This document shows, piece by piece, positions 12,219 to 24,654 of a stretch of 64,000 nt of DNA. This DNA is from Marsupella aquatica (Eukaryota; Plantae; Marchantiophyta), in assembly GCA_973895155.1 (NCBI GenBank), contig OZ316892.1:28960932-29024931 (forward strand), in the 5' to 3' direction. Both the position numbers and the translations under genes were made by a program. Under the pieces are notes generated by a model that saw only the letters and a program-made list of their open reading frames with translations, searched no databases and was not told where the DNA came from. Positions within the stretch are counted from its first letter, which is position 1. The number at the start of each line of letters is the position of its first letter.

Positions 12219-14192
12219 AGGGTTGATGGCTGGATTCCTTTTAAGTGTGGTTGAGGTTTATATACTAATAAGTATAGTTAGGAATGACAAAGCACATTTA
12301 TGCGGCATGCATGGTAGAGCTGGGTGGAGAACGCATGCAAATCGGAAATTCCTTTTTAGGTTTTGCACTTATGGTTTAGGGTTTTCTTGGTATTTGTTTA
12401 ACTGCAAAGTTTCCTTTGTAGATGCTTTTTTCTTTGTTAAACTGTGCAGTTATCCACTTGTGCACTTAGGGTTGCTGTTATGGTTTATGTTTACTCTTGC
12501 ATTGGTTATGTGCATATTCAGCTTTGTAAAGTAAATTCCCTTTGTTACGGAATGCACGTAAGGAGGTTTTGCGGTTATGTTGCAGTTATGGGGCGTGCAC
12601 TTAGCGGTTTTGATTGGGGTTCGACTTTTCCTCGTTGTTTTGAGCCTTGATGTTGTGAGATTTGTATGCCTCCTTGTGCCTGGTTGGTGCTCTCCTTAAA
12701 ATCTCGTCTTCTTCTGGCTTCCTCAATCTGCCATAAGGTCTTCCTCAAAGTTTTGTGGTTTCGCTCGCGGGTCTACTGCTTTGCCATCTGGTTCTTATGG
12801 ATTCTTATTCAATTGCGAACCATGATCGTCTCTCGAATTTGTTGGGATTTCTCTCCATTCGGGCTACAGGAATCCTGTCAATGTCAATCCTCGAAATCTC
12901 ACAGGTCGTTTCGCTTCAGTCTGCTCGCGAGTCTGGTACCCTTTCGCCGTTGCTTGCTTCTTATCTCCTCCTCTCTTCGATGATTCAAGTTCGCTGAGGG
13001 GTATCTATGTTCCTTCTTTCGATTGCGGGCTTCCCTCACAGGTCTTCGTTTCTAGATTAATCTCTTTCCTTCTCGCTTCTGTGTCAGCGACGTTCGGAAT
13101 CACTCGCTCCTTTTAACCTCTCCGAAAAGTTTGGCCTTACAATGCTCCCTTATCTCCTTTTCTTTATCCCTTTGGCATTATCAATCCTTAGTGATTGGGT
13201 CGATCGGACCCATGCTGCGTGGTCGCGAGCGTTCTCTTCTATTCTTCTCGATTCTGTTTGTCTAGGCTTAATGTGTGCTTGTCCTTTCTTTCAAGATTTT
13301 TTCTGTTCATCGTCGGGCATTCGTCGCCCCTCTCTCCTTCGATTTTCGAAGAATGTCTTATGGCCTACTGCGAAAGTATGGCTCTTCACGGCAGCAACAG
13401 GATTTTCATTCTTTCTCTCTCTGTTTGCACGCTATCGCCGTCGCCATCGATTCGCTATTCCATTCGGCATAAAAAAATTTCTCAATCTCTCGTAGGCTTT
13501 CCAAAGTTTCTCCGCTTCTTTTCCTCTCTCGATTGCTGCCAGCGTTCGGTCCGACGTCTCTTTCAGCCCTCTCTATTCTCTTTTGAGAATTGAATATGTG
13601 TGACTTTGGGCCTGGCTCCGTGTTCTACCGATGCCCTTACGAATCTCCTTGCGTTCTCTCTCGCTCACTCATTCTCTCATCTCCTTCCTGCATACGGCCT
13701 TCTGCCTTGTGATGTCCTTATGAATTGACGATTTTTCCTAAGGGAAAAAAAACGAGACCCATGGTCAATTGCTGTCGAAAGCTGCACGCTTCCTTCCGAT
13801 CTCTTATTCGTCTTACTCAATCATTACTCAATTCGCCATGGCTCTTCGAAAAAAAATCTTAGCCTCCTTGCTCAGCCTCGGTGAGTCTCGTGCTGATAAC
13901 GTGTTTGATGGTGATAACAATGGTCTCAGTATAGTCTCGGTAATGGTACATATGGTGGTGCCGGGATGACCGGCTGATCCGGTCCTCCGGTCAAGGTAGA
14001 GTCTAACAACAAGTTCCTCTCGTCCAATTCTTGCATGACATAGCACAAAGCTATCTGGCAGATCTGACCTTCATATCTGGAATAAGGTACACAGCGCAAA
14101 GCTATCCGGCAACCTAACTTCATAATTATCTGGAATGAAGGAATACCGAAGTGGCATACAATAGACCAAAAAATGTTTTGTTCAAGATATGG

Positions 14193-14710
14193 TAGGGTGA
14201 GAAGGCACCTCAAAATCGATCGGCCGCAACAAATTACTAAGATTAATCACTGCATATATACTTATGGATAGAGTAGTCGCAGGGTGAGAAGTTATGGAGA
14301 GAGTAGTCGCAGGGTGAGAAGTCATCTCAAAATCGACCGGCGGAAACAAATTACTAAAATTAATGACCGCATACTGCTGGATGGAGTAGCCGCACCCCGA
14401 CTCATACGAACGGATAGAGTAGCTGCAGTCCTAGAGTAGTCGCACATCGACTCATGCTAATGGATAGAGTAGCTGCAGTCCTAGAGTAGTCGCACATCGA
14501 CTCATGCTAATGGATAGAGTAGCTGCAGTCCTAGAGTAGTCGCACATAGACTCATGCTAATGGATAGAGTAGCTGCTGTCCTGTAGTAGTTGCAGCCCGA
14601 TTCACACTAATGGATAGACTAGCTAACTGCACCCGATTCATACTATTGGATAGAGTAGGTGCAATACTTCTGGATGGAATAGTTGCAGACTGATTCAAAC
14701 TGATGGATAG
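14193..14710. repeat. Minisatellite with 50-bp unit TGGATAGAGTAGCTGCAGTCCTAGAGTAGTCGCACATCGACTCATGCTAA plus degenerate flanking units and a ~90-bp duplication
   Basis: Near-exact 50-bp period from 14411 to ~14610; AGGGTGAGAAG...CTCAAAATCGA..GGC.G.AACAAATTACTAA is repeated at ~14193 and ~14311. Confidence 0.9.
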
Positions 14711-15667
14711 TGAGCCTGCTGCCCAATTCTACTAAGAAAATCACCTCGAAGTCGTGTGGCAGAAACGGATTACTGAGATGAATCAAGGCCATATTTATGC
14801 AGATAGTAGCTTTTGGTCAAATATTGTAAACACGAGAGTGGCTTCTGGGCAACTGTTGTAAACACTCGATTGTTCTAACCAAAATTTCAGTAAAATTAGG
14901 CGAAAGCCATTTGGTACACGATGTGGATGGGAAGAGCATTTGGAACCGATTCACCCAACGTCTCATTGTATTACTCCGTATACTCCAGTACTCTGAATTA
15001 GCCCATAACATAACATTGTACGCAGACTCTTCCACAACTCTTCCACACAACTTTGGATCCTAGCTCTTGAAGATTCACTTGAAAAATAACGAAAACTTGA
15101 TTTGACCCTTACCAAGTCAAATTCAGACTCGATTGAAACCTTCCTCCGAAAATGTAGGAGCTAGGAACCTCGGGTGGCCCTTACAACTACTACCTATCCC
15201 AAACGGAAGTATAATCTGACCAGGTAGGATAATGGAACAACACTCTCATTTCCTGACACAGAGCAGGAGTAATGTCGATGTCATGTAAAGCAGTGCAAAA
15301 CGTTCAACCCTGGAATGGAACAAACTCACAACAGATTTGGGCGAGATGCCACCAACACTAATTGCACAATCGGATCTTAGGAAAACAAACCAAAGGAGTC
15401 TGTAATGACAGAACCAGGGTTGTCAAATGTGGAAGATCAATTAGGGGAATCAAATTATAATGATGAATACAATGCTGCAAAAATTTCAATGAGGACATAA
15501 TGACAGGCTACTAGGATATACGACCAGCTCTAACCTGAACCTGCTTTCTCGTCTAAAATACAGATATGGGTTGAATCATTACCCATCGTGGCCCTTTCCC
15601 GCAAATTTGGCTCACTCTATGTACAAAGGATAGGGCAAGGACAGTCTCAGCAAAATGAAGTTGTAAA

Positions 15668-18600
15668 TCACCGAAGATGAGGATGAATGGAGTAAAGATA
15701 TTCTGGCATGAAGTCATGGCGGGTGAGTATGCCCACTATAGGAGAACCCTGCATAATACGAACATCCCCACAATGTTCAGCATGTATGAAAAATTGTTTT
15801 GCATATGCAATAGACCGTATGGACATCAAAACAGGTCAAAACATTCCCCCTCCAACTCTCTGGCCTCAGAAGGAAGGAGGGGCAGCAAACACAGGTAGCT
15901 TGTGAACAGCACTAAGTAGCAAGATGAGACCGCTAACTTCTCAGTAACCGCAGTTTGGCCATCTCCACAGTTGGTCTTGCTAAGTACATCTCTCAGTATA
16001 CAGTCTACAGTATAGAGAAGCCTTGAAGTGGAGTTTTTCACGATTACCTGCGGCGTTCGAGACATGACGCACAGATGGCGCAGCCCAAGTTGTCGAAACA
16101 AAGTGAACGCTTTTGCTAATGACATAGTTTCCAGAACCGTATAGGGAGAGCTGTTTGTCACCAGCTGGAGATCAACGTACATTTCGCCTTCTTCAGGAGT
16201 TATTGCTAAGTCTTCAACAGCTGCTCGTCTACCAGATCCAGGCTTAGCGAAGTCCACAGAGCTAAAGTGTGTTTCTGCAGGAGGGGAGGATGCTGAAGGA
16301 AGAAACTCCTTCTTCTCCAGAAGAACCATGATGTGTGAACGCAGTACCAACCCAGAGAAAACAGTTCCCTCCTTGTCCATTACAGCGAAAGCATTATGTC
16401 GAGTACGTTTCAGCACTTCAACTATTGTTCCCACTTTCTCAACAACATTGAACTGCCAAAAGATCCACCTCACTCCAGTTATTGTTCGAACTAACGTTTA
16501 TATGTTCTGACTTATGTACAACAATTCTGTCCGATCAATTTCATGTCAGCCAAGATCAAAGATAGCAGTAGCTTTTCAAGGATGAATGGTCTGTAGCCGG
16601 TGGTCAAGAAGGCATTCAACTGTCAAAACCTAAAGAAACAGGGAGAAAAAGATTACCTGAACAAGGGGACTGGTAATTGCATCTGCAGCTGATAAACGAC
16701 GCATGAACGGCTCTGGATGGGCATCTAAAAAAGGAATTCCCTTCAAACTCACATGAAGATCGAAAATTGCATCGTTAAAGGAATCTCCAACAGTTTTGGA
16801 GACAAGAAGCACAACCATTATGAGGGGAAGCATCACCAGGTTGTTGGTGAGTTCCAGGAGGATGATACAAATAGAGACTGTCATCCTCATAGATCCCCCC
16901 AGGAAAGATGCTGCGCCCAAAAGGGCGTAAATCCCCTCATCAAGCGCCCCAGCCCCAAATATACGGGTCATCACCATACCCGTAGCCCGCCCATACGTTG
17001 CTCCGCACAAAATTGCTGGGACAAACAGTCCCGATGGAACCGCAATTCCATATGTCACGAGTGCTAGCACGTATGAGCTGACGAAATAGATCATGAGTGA
17101 GGACATTGAAAATTCTCCTGCTGTTCCAATACTAAAAAGATTTCGGATGGCATCGTCATTGGTATTGAAGAACATGGTAGCAAGATCATTATACTGCCCT
17201 TGTGGGCAATGGATCCCCTTGAAATTTGCTGCCCGGCCAGTTGCTGGACATCCAAATCTAGAATCTCTGCCAATGTCCGGACAAGGTCGGCATTTGGCCA
17301 GAAAGGGTAGACCAAAGGAGCAAATGGAGGTGAGCAAAGCGATGGTACATGCAAGCAACACCTTTGCAAGAGGCCGCCCCCTGCAACAAGACATTCGATA
17401 CCTGTTAGCGACCTCAGCTGCAAAGATAGGACTTTGGGACCATTACTCTAGACACCATGTAAATTCAAATCAGAAGCATATTTCCTTACTCCTGTCAAAG
17501 TTTACTTAAATTTGCTCTGCCTGGACACATGCTGGCACTCCAGAACTAGAAATGGCTTGGCCACTCCTGAACATCGGGTTGCCATCTCAACACCGTTAAA
17601 TGAATGCCCCATGACAAATCTTGTTTGTCTGAGCCCTTTCCGACAAGTAATGTCAAACCAGGCGAGACCATACAGCTAAAATGACAAAAGAGAAGCAAAG
17701 ACAGATAGTAGGAACAATACTTGCTGAAAATTGCGCCGTAGAAGGTGACTATTCTCCCATTGAGATTATTGAAAAGGGAGCCGAAGACACCACCAATCAC
17801 CGCCAGAACTATAGCTGGAGGGAGGTCCCGCAGTCCATAATCACTAGTGACCCCATTAGTGTCAAATATAATCAATCCACCTTCTCCAAAGAGACCACAA
17901 TGTCCGCCGGAACACCAAGCCATCGCTGTCCTTAGCACCACAGCTACCACAGCTGTTGTGAAGAAAGCTCTCCATAAGAGCGGGCTTCGCCACCTGTATC
18001 ACTCTCAGAATCAGTTCCACATAAAATGTAAGGGAAAATAACCTTCATAACAAGTCACTTGTACACACTGAGCTAGTGATATTGTTTACTCAAACCTTTC
18101 CAACGATCATGGCTAGCTCTAAAGAAATCAGGAATCTGATTTTGAATGTTGGACCCTCAACACCCTGCTGCTCATGCTGTTTTGCAATCAGTTCTGGAAA
18201 TGGATGGTGAAGTGGTAGAACTCGCGGAACCTTATATTGGATGGATTCCTGACGAACGGAAAATTTATAAAACCAACTTATCTTCGAACCTCACGTTCTT
18301 CTGATCGATTAGATTATGTTTTTATATTGGCCGAGGAACATGCTTATTCTTTAGCTGTAGCGAGACTAGGTACTTTGTAAGGTATCTTCACTAGCTTAGA
18401 ATTACTCGGCACACTCTCACCCGAGCAGAAAATTGAAGACCTAAAAGAAAATGGTTCTAAGTTGAAAGATGGACTTCAGTTGAATATAATGGCATCCATC
18501 TTTAAACAGGGATTCGAATGTGGATCATTGGAACCAACACCTGCATCCTAGTTGATCACTGGGTCGACCAGAGACTTCCAGGGAGTCAAATCGTGTACAT

Positions 18601-21600
18601 AACTCTGCTTCAAAAACCGGATGTAATTCTCAACGACACGGTTTACGAGCTGGTAATACCTTAATATCTTGTGCAGGTGAGACTTGCTGGACCATGATAT
18701 TTTGACGAAACGAATAAACTCAGACTGTTGCCCAGACGTTAGCACATAAGCCAAAAATAGTGGCTTTACAGCTAGGAACAGAGCTACTGTTAAAAACGTT
18801 TCATAATTTCCCTGTCTGACGACAAATTGGGAAATGGCTTTGTCACACAGAAAAGAGGCTCCCTTGTCAGTACCTCCCCGCGGTGTATGCTGTTCCTTGG
18901 AAAGTATTTTTTTGGTATCGTCCGACGCAAAAAAAGTACTACCCCTCGAATTTGATGAGTAGATAAGGAAACTGGCCAACGGTGACATGGGAAGATTCCC
19001 GGCCGCACAACTACTGTACCATGTTCTATCACTTTTGAGGGGCAAGATGCACCCCCAAAAGTAGACAACTCATGCCTAACAAAGAAGTCACAATGTTTTT
19101 TTAAGGATTTCACTTTTTCGCCAAGGTGGCGAATGTAAAGTGTGTCAAGGAGAAGATGCTCAAAAGATTCTGTATTCAATTATGTTCTTGATCGTCAGAT
19201 CTCCCTAGATTTAAGGCGGACCGTTAGATTCTGGCTAAAGGGGCCTGGGATTAGGTGGAACACTGGCTAATGAGACAGCAAAAAAGTAGCGAATTTTAGC
19301 CAAAAGTGGCGAAGGATTTTTGGGGAGGTGGAATCTAGCGAATTTTCGCCACTAAAAAAAACACTGAGTCACATGATGATAGCTAAAAGTGATGGGAACC
19401 TGCCATTTCTAAAGAGTCGACATTCCAAGCAGTCGGCTGTGTCCATAGAAAAGTCCAGAAATTTCAAAGTCATCAGTGCAAAAATCATGGCCAATAGATG
19501 AATGTGACGACAGAAATGAGCAAATTCTCACCAAGATGTGACTTCCTCGAGGGCGAAGAGAACCCCTCCAACAGGTGCCCTGAATGCGGCTGCAACTCCA
19601 GCTGCGGCCCCGCATGTGACCAGATCGCGCCGGTCTCGATCGTTCTTGAAGTAGCGCAACCATCGCCAAGTGAGGTGGTACTTCCGAGACCCTCCCTGGC
19701 CAATTATGGACGCTATGCATGAGCCGATGTGCACCAGAGGTCCCTCCTTTCCGACTATTAATCCTCCGGCAACTGAACCAATGCCGCCAAGCACCTGTAA
19801 TACACTCCAGGAGAACCCATCGACATTAAATCGTTGACTCCAATCTCCGCTTTGTACCCACATCACATCACTTCAGGACTTACATTTTTACAGCTTTAGT
19901 CGGATAGAGAAAATCTGGTAGCGAAGTTCCATGTCGGGAATGACATTTTGAACAGTAATGGGTCATCATTCATAATTGCAACAGCATCAAAACTCGTAGG
20001 CAGCAGGACATGTCAGTCAACAGTGTCGGATTCCCCAAGGAACGTATTGCATGAAATTTGCACACTTTTTATTGTGGATTTCTGCCTCATTTGCTGTATT
20101 GGGGTTGGCTCGCTACCGTCATTATAAAATTCCATTCAAGACCAAAACAAATGTAAAATTCAAAATTTTCTCTTAGCACCACTTTTGAAGTTCACTTGCC
20201 ACGTTTCACTCAAACCCATGTCTGCATAGGGGTCTGATTCCAGGCAACCGGGAATTTCAGTTCTGGCGGTGATTCGTCACCCGTGAGAAGGAAATTCCTT
20301 CGCGACAATCAGCAACCAGAAAATACAAAAACGACACCATACCGCAACAAAGGTCAGGTGGTTCTTAATTAACGTGATGATGCTACTGAGCAGTACTCGA
20401 GTACAGTCTGGCTTGTCCGACTAGAATGTTGTTATTCTCCTACCTTGACGAAAAACGTCTTGAGGGAGAAGATGTTGGGAGTGTCCACTCCGTTAAGGAA
20501 TGCCTTGACTTCCGGGATTCCAGAGCCGGCAGCCGCAGGAGCGATGTACACAACCAGAAGGGCAGCAAAGCCCACCAAACCCACGTTAATGCCGGCGTAA
20601 CTGAAGAATGCGCGGTCATACCTGCACCCATGTGGTGATCAACTACTTTAGCAATCACGTGGACATCAGGACGTGCATTCGGGCCAGAGAGAATTACATT
20701 AGTCGACAAGACCGATCTCCGTGTCTCCCAGCAGAGGAGACAATCATGCGGCTGGTCTGAACACTTCACTGTGAACTGAGATCGGAACTATTTGGATGAG
20801 CTTGATCCTAAAGACCGGACGTCCTCACGTGGCCCCGTGAGAGATGGATGAGGAGCTAATGACAAATTTCTCGATGACAATTGTACGCATTGGTCACTTT
20901 CCCCGACCGCGGCGGTTTCGGTGACAAACGGTGAGAGAGAGATCATTATCTTAAGAAGGTAGTGTCACACGTCTAACTGGTCAAACGGAAAACCTACCAA
21001 TCAAGATGAATTCGAATCATGAATCATATTACAGTGAAGGAAGGGGCCAGCCAATGTACATACCCACTCTCTTGCATTTGTTTCGTGGTCCACTCGAATT
21101 TGACTCCGGCGATGTTCTCCACTGCCATGTTGATTCCGAGGCCAACGAGAGCTGTAAACAAGGCTATTAGAAGTGCAAAGGTCCATTTGAGAATCACATA
21201 CTGCAGAATCTCTCTTTTCGTGCGGGAGCGCCAATCCTGCCTGAAGAGCTCGTTCTCTATTAACCTGCGCAACGCAGCGAGACATCGTTACTTCTTCCCA
21301 ATCGAGAACTTCCAAAGGTCACGTCTAACAACGAACTGTTACGAGGTTCATTCGACTTCAAATTTCGCGCTCTACGGTTCATTTTGTTTCCTTCAAACTC
21401 ATTTCACCCATCTGCATTCCAGCAATTCCAGGCTCACGGACAAGCGTTGATGCACTGACGGTCAATAGGTTGCATCAATCCCGCGCGGACAGAGCGAACA
21501 AGCCGTGGTCGAAGTTCAACAACATGCCACTTCGCGCAGATTCGAAGTCATTGTTGGTCCATCAGTTAAAAGCTGTCAATGACAAGCATAGAGGGCCATT

Positions 21601-22555
21601 GGCGGCCACTGAATCGAGAAAGAGAGAGATCGGTCAATCTCCTCAATTCTCCATGGTGCGCCAAAAGAAAGGATAAATTCTTATTGGATGCGACGCATGG
21701 CTCATAGACAGTCAAGCCAGATTGTCGACCAAACGAAGGTAGTTCAGGAATTCCCAACTGCTATACTAAAGTTGCGCATCCACGCTGCTCGGGTTGGTAA
21801 GCGCATTACAACGTTAGCTAACTAGATTTTATCTATGCTCTGGCTACACTATCTGTGGTAAGGTATTGACAGTGTTGGACTGGACACTGCTATGCGATGT
21901 CCAGAATGAAGATCCTGGCACCGCTGTTCCGACTGAGTTCATATGATGGGGACACAAGCCGATCGAAACATGAAAAGCTGTGAGTAGGAGATGGACAGAT
22001 CGATTGCCGTTTAAATTCGAACCTTGAAATAAATGCGTCTCTAATACGCTCACCCTGGATTCACTTCTACGTTCTGCAATGACGAGCTTGTGTGACTCTC
22101 AATTCGATTAGTCAGGAAGGTCGAAACGAGAAAACAGTAGCCCAATACGTCGAGTCTTGGAAACCCGCCGTCAGCCAGTCATGAACCGGGTCATGAACCC
22201 GTCAAAAAAGCTGTAAGCCGAATTCTACTACGTTCCTTCAATCATGCTCTTCTAAAAAAACCCAAGCCCGGGCCATGTGTAACACGAAGAAGACTGGGAA
22301 ATCTTAAAGGCAAAAACAGGCATGATTCCGGCCTTACTCGTAATCCAAACTCTCGATAGGAGCGACATTCGTCCCGATTATGGCGGTGTGCTTGTCGCGA
22401 TTCTTGTGAACGCTTCCTAATTCCATACCACTACGCTTCCTAAGGAGAGGCTCCTCCAGCCCTCCACTTATCTGAGAAGGAGTTGCTCCAGATGCAGCAA
22501 TTATGGATGATCCGGACTCCAGATCGTCGTCAGACAGCTCCATCGTCTCAGCCAT
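15668..22555 (-). CDS. CLC: CLC chloride/anion-proton transporter (plant CLC-a/b/c/d/g group), 8 exons: 22555-22338, 21264-21064, 20621-20444, 19794-19532, 17993-17721, 17380-16657, 16452-16048, 15748-15668
   Basis: [15 protein letters not shown] (Ser selectivity residue), GKEGP (gating Glu), LFALEE (proton Glu), PSGLFVP and C-terminal CBS domains (GLRHL...ILTRHDF). All junctions are GT-AG and in phase. Confidence 0.95.
18109..18370 (+). pseudogene. nad7: NUMT: degraded 5' part of mitochondrial nad7, inside CLC intron 4
   Basis: Reads (with indels) ..[32 protein letters not shown]...TYL...[20 protein letters not shown], matching Nad7 [31 protein letters not shown]...[23 protein letters not shown]. 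Confidence 0.85.
19091..19366. mobile_element. MITE with CA(A/G)TGTTTTTTT TIRs in CLC intron 4
   Basis: Left end CAATGTTTTTTTAAGG, right end CCACTAAAAAAAACACTG. AGTCA is present on both flanks (19086-19090, 19367-19371). Subterminal TTCGCCA/TGGCGAA motifs. Confidence 0.7.
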
Positions 22556-24110
22556 CACATGAAATTCAACGATGCAATAACTAATGAAAGAGGTCCCTAG
22601 TAATCAGTGATTGAGTTGCAGGGCGTCATCTGGTCCTCCAGAGTCCTTGTCTCAAGTCTAGCAAAGACGACCCATCTGTGAGGCAATACAGATATTGAAA
22701 TCCGGTTGCCATCCGCCTTCTGATTCTTCCTGATGTCGACGATGTTCCAAAGATGCTCCACCGACTGGATCCTGTACAATACTCGTGTGAAATATCCTGC
22801 TCATGCCAGCGGAGAGCGCATATAGAAGAAATGCCTTGGAGTTTCAGAAGGTGCATTTTCCTGGGTGATCTAAACGAAATGCCCTTCGAAGGGAAAAACG
22901 ACGATGCTGCGTAATCTGAGAGAAACGTTCTTAAAGTCGTTGGAAAGAGTCCCCCAACACGCGGGGGACGGAACGGAAGCACGCCAAGCAATCCAACGAT
23001 TTCACCAACGATCCCACCTCCTCATGGGAAGACGTGGTGCGCAATCCAAAACGCTGGGTTTCGGTAACTTAATCTGGTCTGGTCTATTTAGTCTGTTCAA
23101 ACGCTGCCATCACCGCTACGGCGCAAAAGGAAGACGAATTCTGTGGGTGGCTGTATCTAAGATCTCAATTGGGAGACCGCGGGGTCATAAGACAGCAAAG
23201 ATGAAGAACGTGAGTCGGATCACAGTTATCTGGACCCACAGCACGAGAAATCGGTCGAGATCTACAGTAGTGAGCGTTGGGGCCCCGGTTTGGACATGAG
23301 CGAAATTCTCGAATGCAGTAAATAAGGCTCACCTTTCAACCTTTCAGGACTACATATCCTACGTACAGTCCTGGATGTTGAAGTGGATTAAAATACACAA
23401 ATCCAGACAACAATCCGGGCACACTGAGTTTGACCACAGTAGTTACTTAGCCGTGCTGAGGACGCAGCAGGCAAATCGTCTGACCCCTTCGATCGGTCCT
23501 GTAGATAGGTGCCCCTCACGTCTATGTCTAAACCCAGTCGAGGAAGCTACTAGTGAGCTGGGCAATCAGGGCAGCACGTGAGGGCAAGCAGACTATACAG
23601 TACAAGCTTCCGACACTAGTCACCGCTGTACTCATGATGATTGTTTCAGGAGATGGTGGCTGGCTTGTTGAAACCAAAGTCTTTGTCATTCGCCGAATGC
23701 TCGAGACACAGACGAATCACGAATGGGTTCTCTCACTTCTGTGCTTGAAATAGTAATACCTCTATTTTTCTAGATCCAGAGAGTGCGGGAGAATGAAATT
23801 TTTGTCCCCCCTTTTATCCCCCTTCCAAAAAGCATCAGGCATCGTTCGGCGATGACGGATGACGACGTGAGCAAACGCAGAGCTGCCAAAATCCGCTTCA
23901 ATCCATTCGTCTCGCACATCCTCTCTCCAGTCACTCTCTCCATTCTCACCCTTTCTTTTTAGTTCCAATTTCACGGATCTGAACTCGATTACTTCCTCCT
24001 ACACTCTCGCTTACTTCTGCATCCCGTCATCGTTGTCGTCCTTTCTTTTGTTATCCTTTTCTTCCGGGACTGGCTTTCCACAATTCCATCTTTTGGGGGG
24101 CAAAGGTTAA

Positions 24111-24619
24111 GGCTAGGTTCCATGGGCCAGGGGCAGGGAGTATGACCAGTCCCTCTGACACCCCCGGCCCCAAATACAAGGTATACCAAGGTGTACATAG
24201 TATTTTAAATGTATGAATTTTTGTCTTTAGAGCCAATGAAAATGCACTGTACTTTACTGTAAGGGGCAGGGGGTGCCCCTCGAGTTTAACAGGGAGTGTG
24301 AGGGAAAATCATACTCCCCACTACCTTAAACGGCTCCATGGGCAGGGAGTACGATCAGTCCCTTTGACACCCCTAAGGCCCAAACACAGGTAGACCAAGG
24401 TGTACATAGTATTTTAAATGTATGAGTTTTCACTATACTATCACTATACAGGGGCAGGGGGTGCCCCTAGAGTTTAACATGGAGTGTGAGGGAAATTTGT
24501 ATACTCCCCACTACCTTATTTGTATACTCCTCACTCCCTAGAAAAGGCTGTGATCTTATTGGCTCAAACATGCTGACACACATGTGCACTTCTCACTCCT
24601 AGCCCCATGGAACCTAACT
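24111..24619. mobile_element. MITE-like element (Tourist/PIF-like ends) with an internal ~215-bp tandem duplication
   Basis: Ends (G)GCTAGGTTCCATGGG / CCCATGGAACCTAAC; TAA on the left flank only. The block CCAAGGTGTACATAGTATTTTAAATGTATGA..AGGGGCAGGGGGTGCCCCT is present twice. Confidence 0.6.
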
Positions 24620-24654
24620 CAGTCTCTCATAGTCAATTTGAATTCAATTTTACA

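Larger units (their letters stand above)
6120..14008 (-). mobile_element. Ty1-copia LTR retrotransposon, Bianca-like lineage, near full length
   Basis: Identical 107-bp LTRs (6120-6226, 13902-14008). 5-bp TSD ACAAG (6115-6119, 14009-14013). PPT AAAGGGGAG next to 6227. PBS CGTTATCAGCACGA at 13888-13901. Gag N-terminus KLNFPALDIDGSNYLEW is Bianca-like. Confidence 0.95.

Noticed and set aside
18548-19090. Minus-strand ORFs in CLC intron 4 as a possible transposase remnant
   Set aside because: No motif I can assign with confidence.
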